Positions 61,871 through 64,000 of a stretch of 64,000 nucleotides of DNA are shown here, one piece after another. Numbering within the stretch: position 1 is the first letter of the stretch; the number at the start of each line of letters is the position of its first letter. The position numbers and the translations under genes were made by a program. Origin of the DNA: Ramazzottius varieornatus. Taxonomy: Eukaryota; Animalia; Tardigrada. The DNA is taken from NCBI GenBank assembly GCA_001949185.1, contig BDGG01000012.1, positions 1,604,973 through 1,668,972 of the forward strand, read 5' to 3'. A model generated the notes under the pieces. The model saw only the letters and a list, made by a program, of their open reading frames with translations, was not told the origin of the DNA and did no database searches.

Positions 61871-64000
61871 ATGTTTCGCCTGTATGTTTCGATAATATCA
61901 GTATTTGTATTTGTGTTCATAGATGTATGGAGAACTGCGCAAGCCCTGGAAGATGGAGGAGCCTCATCAACAGGCGTTCCAAGAACGGGACCAGACTTTA
62001 TCGAGGCTCGAGCATCGTTCAACGCAAGAGGTATCAGTGGATACGTCCACTTCAGGGAATACATCCCAGCCCCATCCAATCAATCTGCGGACGGAAATGA
62101 TACCAGACAGGAACTTCCGACGAGCCCGAAGACCGACAGGAGGGTCGCTGTGGAATACGAGCTGAGCAGCTCGCAATGGAGCAAACCTCTCTACAACAAG
62201 GATGACCTGTTCCTCATACTCCGGGAGTTTCCTGTCATATGGAACGGAGCCTCGGATTCGTGCTCGGACGACAGCCTGGGAAAACAGTTAGCATACACAT
62301 TGAACTAAACTTGAATGGATATCGATATGAAGTACTTCATTCCGAATCTACTTTTTCAGAATTTTTGCCAAAGATTTTCAAATTGGGCCTATCAAGCCTA
62401 ACTCCACCATATCCGGTCGGATGGACAACCTGGTGATTCCACTGAAAGGACCCAAGAGTATTCGGGGGCGATCCATTCTTTTGATCACTACTAGAGGCCG
62501 TCGTGCCTGTGCCACCATCACCACACCATCCAACACTCTGCAGATCCGGACCGCAGTAGCCCGAATGCAAGGGAGCATAGCCGGGACCATCCAGTTCCGT
62601 CAGTTCATCTCCGCGCCTACCGACACGACCATCTTTGCCGATCTGTACAAGCTGGTCCCCGATGGGCAAGCGGCCAACGTTACATACAAGTGGTTGTTGA
62701 TGACAACGGGTCCGCTGGACCGCTCACGGCCCGAGGAACAGCTGGCCTGCCGGAACATGCGGGTGATCTATGACCCGGACTTCCGGTCGGAGACTGAATG
62801 CTCTGTAGATAACCAAGCGAGCTGTAAGATTGGTAATATGATGGAAAAATTCGGTGGTATACCGGTTGGGTCAACTTCCGGTGTAGCAAAACGGGCGTTC
62901 TTCACGGATTCGGACTTTGCTTTGTCTGGGTGGACTACGGGCAGAGGGATCTATGTCGCCATATTCAACCCGAGGAACCCGCTGGTTAGCATAGCTTGTG
63001 GAGAAGTCAGGCTACTCCGTCCGAAATTCGCTCAAGCCTCGTTTTCTCTCACTAATGCTCAAGGTATCGTATGAAACCGTTAAGCTCTCGAGAAGAACAT
63101 GCTAACAAAGTATCCATTCGCAGGAACAATAAAGTTCCGACAGAGTTCCTCGTTCGATCCAACCGAAATCTACATCAGCATGAAGAACCTGAATGGTCAA
63201 GCCACCGCTATTGCGGTCCACGATTTCCCTCGTCGTCAAAGATTGAAGGCGGACGAAGAACTCTGTTCCGCGACTGAAGTTGGGGAGATGTACGATCCTC
63301 TAAAAGGCGCCAGATCGTCAGTACCAGTGGACAACTCAACAAGCTACACCCAAGACCAGGTTGCCATCGGGGACCTGACGGCGAAGAACCGTAACTTTAC
63401 TTTGGTCGGGACGGACTCGATAGAGCTTGAACACCAGGATGACTATCTACCTCTGTTCGGAGGTCTCAGCATCATCGGAAGGTCCATTGTCGTGTATGGA
63501 GCTAACAAGACTCGACTGATGTGTGGAAACATTTACTCGGAAGGCAGCCTGGTTTCTGCCAAAGTCTCCTTGTACTACACCGTCGGTACGATGCAACTGC
63601 TGAAATCAGCATTACTGCTTTGTTTTAGAATCATCTTTTTCTCGGTTTCAGGTGGTGTTATCCATTTGCAGCAATCAGCGGAAGACTGGGGCAGTGAAAC
63701 GACCATCTACGGTAATCTCTTCTACACGAATGCAGTGAAGACGAGCATCACGACGAACCACCCATGGCGAGCTCACTGGAGCCAAGTCATGCGAGATGCC
63801 TTCACCTATGATGGCCGCTGCGTGAACGGCGGTGATGTTTTCGATCCGTTGACGGTGGACGTTCGGAAGAACTACACTAGCGAATGCAGTGCGCTACATC
63901 CCTTTCGGTGTCAGCTGGGCGACCTTAGTGCCCGTCTAGCACCACTGACGATCGCGTTGACTGCTTCGTCGGGTCTTGGACGGTTTTTCTTCACAGAAAC
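61871..64000 (+). CDS. Secreted Cu/Zn-SOD-fold repeat protein (Rsod/CSRP-like), at least 4 repeats, 3' end beyond the window
   Basis: Signal-like N-terminus, repeated G.I.F.Q strand, C..G..YDP, GDL.., LPLFGGLSIIGRSIVV, (A/M)C(A/G).I motifs. Confidence 0.82.

Overview
Gene-dense eukaryotic (animal) genomic DNA with many short (~55-100 nt) GT-AG introns and one 158-nt assembly gap (34159-34316). Compactness, a CaaX-less second lamin and gene content are compatible with a tardigrade-like invertebrate genome (inference, not proven). Spliced genes, left to right: SVOP-like MFS transporter (-, runs off left edge), lamin without CaaX (+), a possible small spliced orphan gene (-), EF-hand nicotinamidase (+), DHX16/Prp2 (-), an apparently intact intron-containing Tc1 (DD34E) transposon, Vti1 SNARE (-), DTL/Cdt2 (+), STPG/SHIPPO-repeat-like protein (-), a possible unknown gene (+), YPEL5 (-), HAX1 (+), atypical PEBP (-), UPF1 (+), PP2A B'' subunit (-), MAGI (+), GH65 PGGHG/ATHL1-like hydrolase (-), and a secreted multi-SOD-repeat protein lacking most metal ligands (+, runs off right edge). 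Non-coding DNA holds several MITEs (hAT-like, P-like, Tc1/mariner-like) and a ~110-130-bp palindromic repeat family with six copies, all inside introns. Many of the longer introns are filled by fold-back sequence. Exon boundaries were read by eye and are approximate unless stated.
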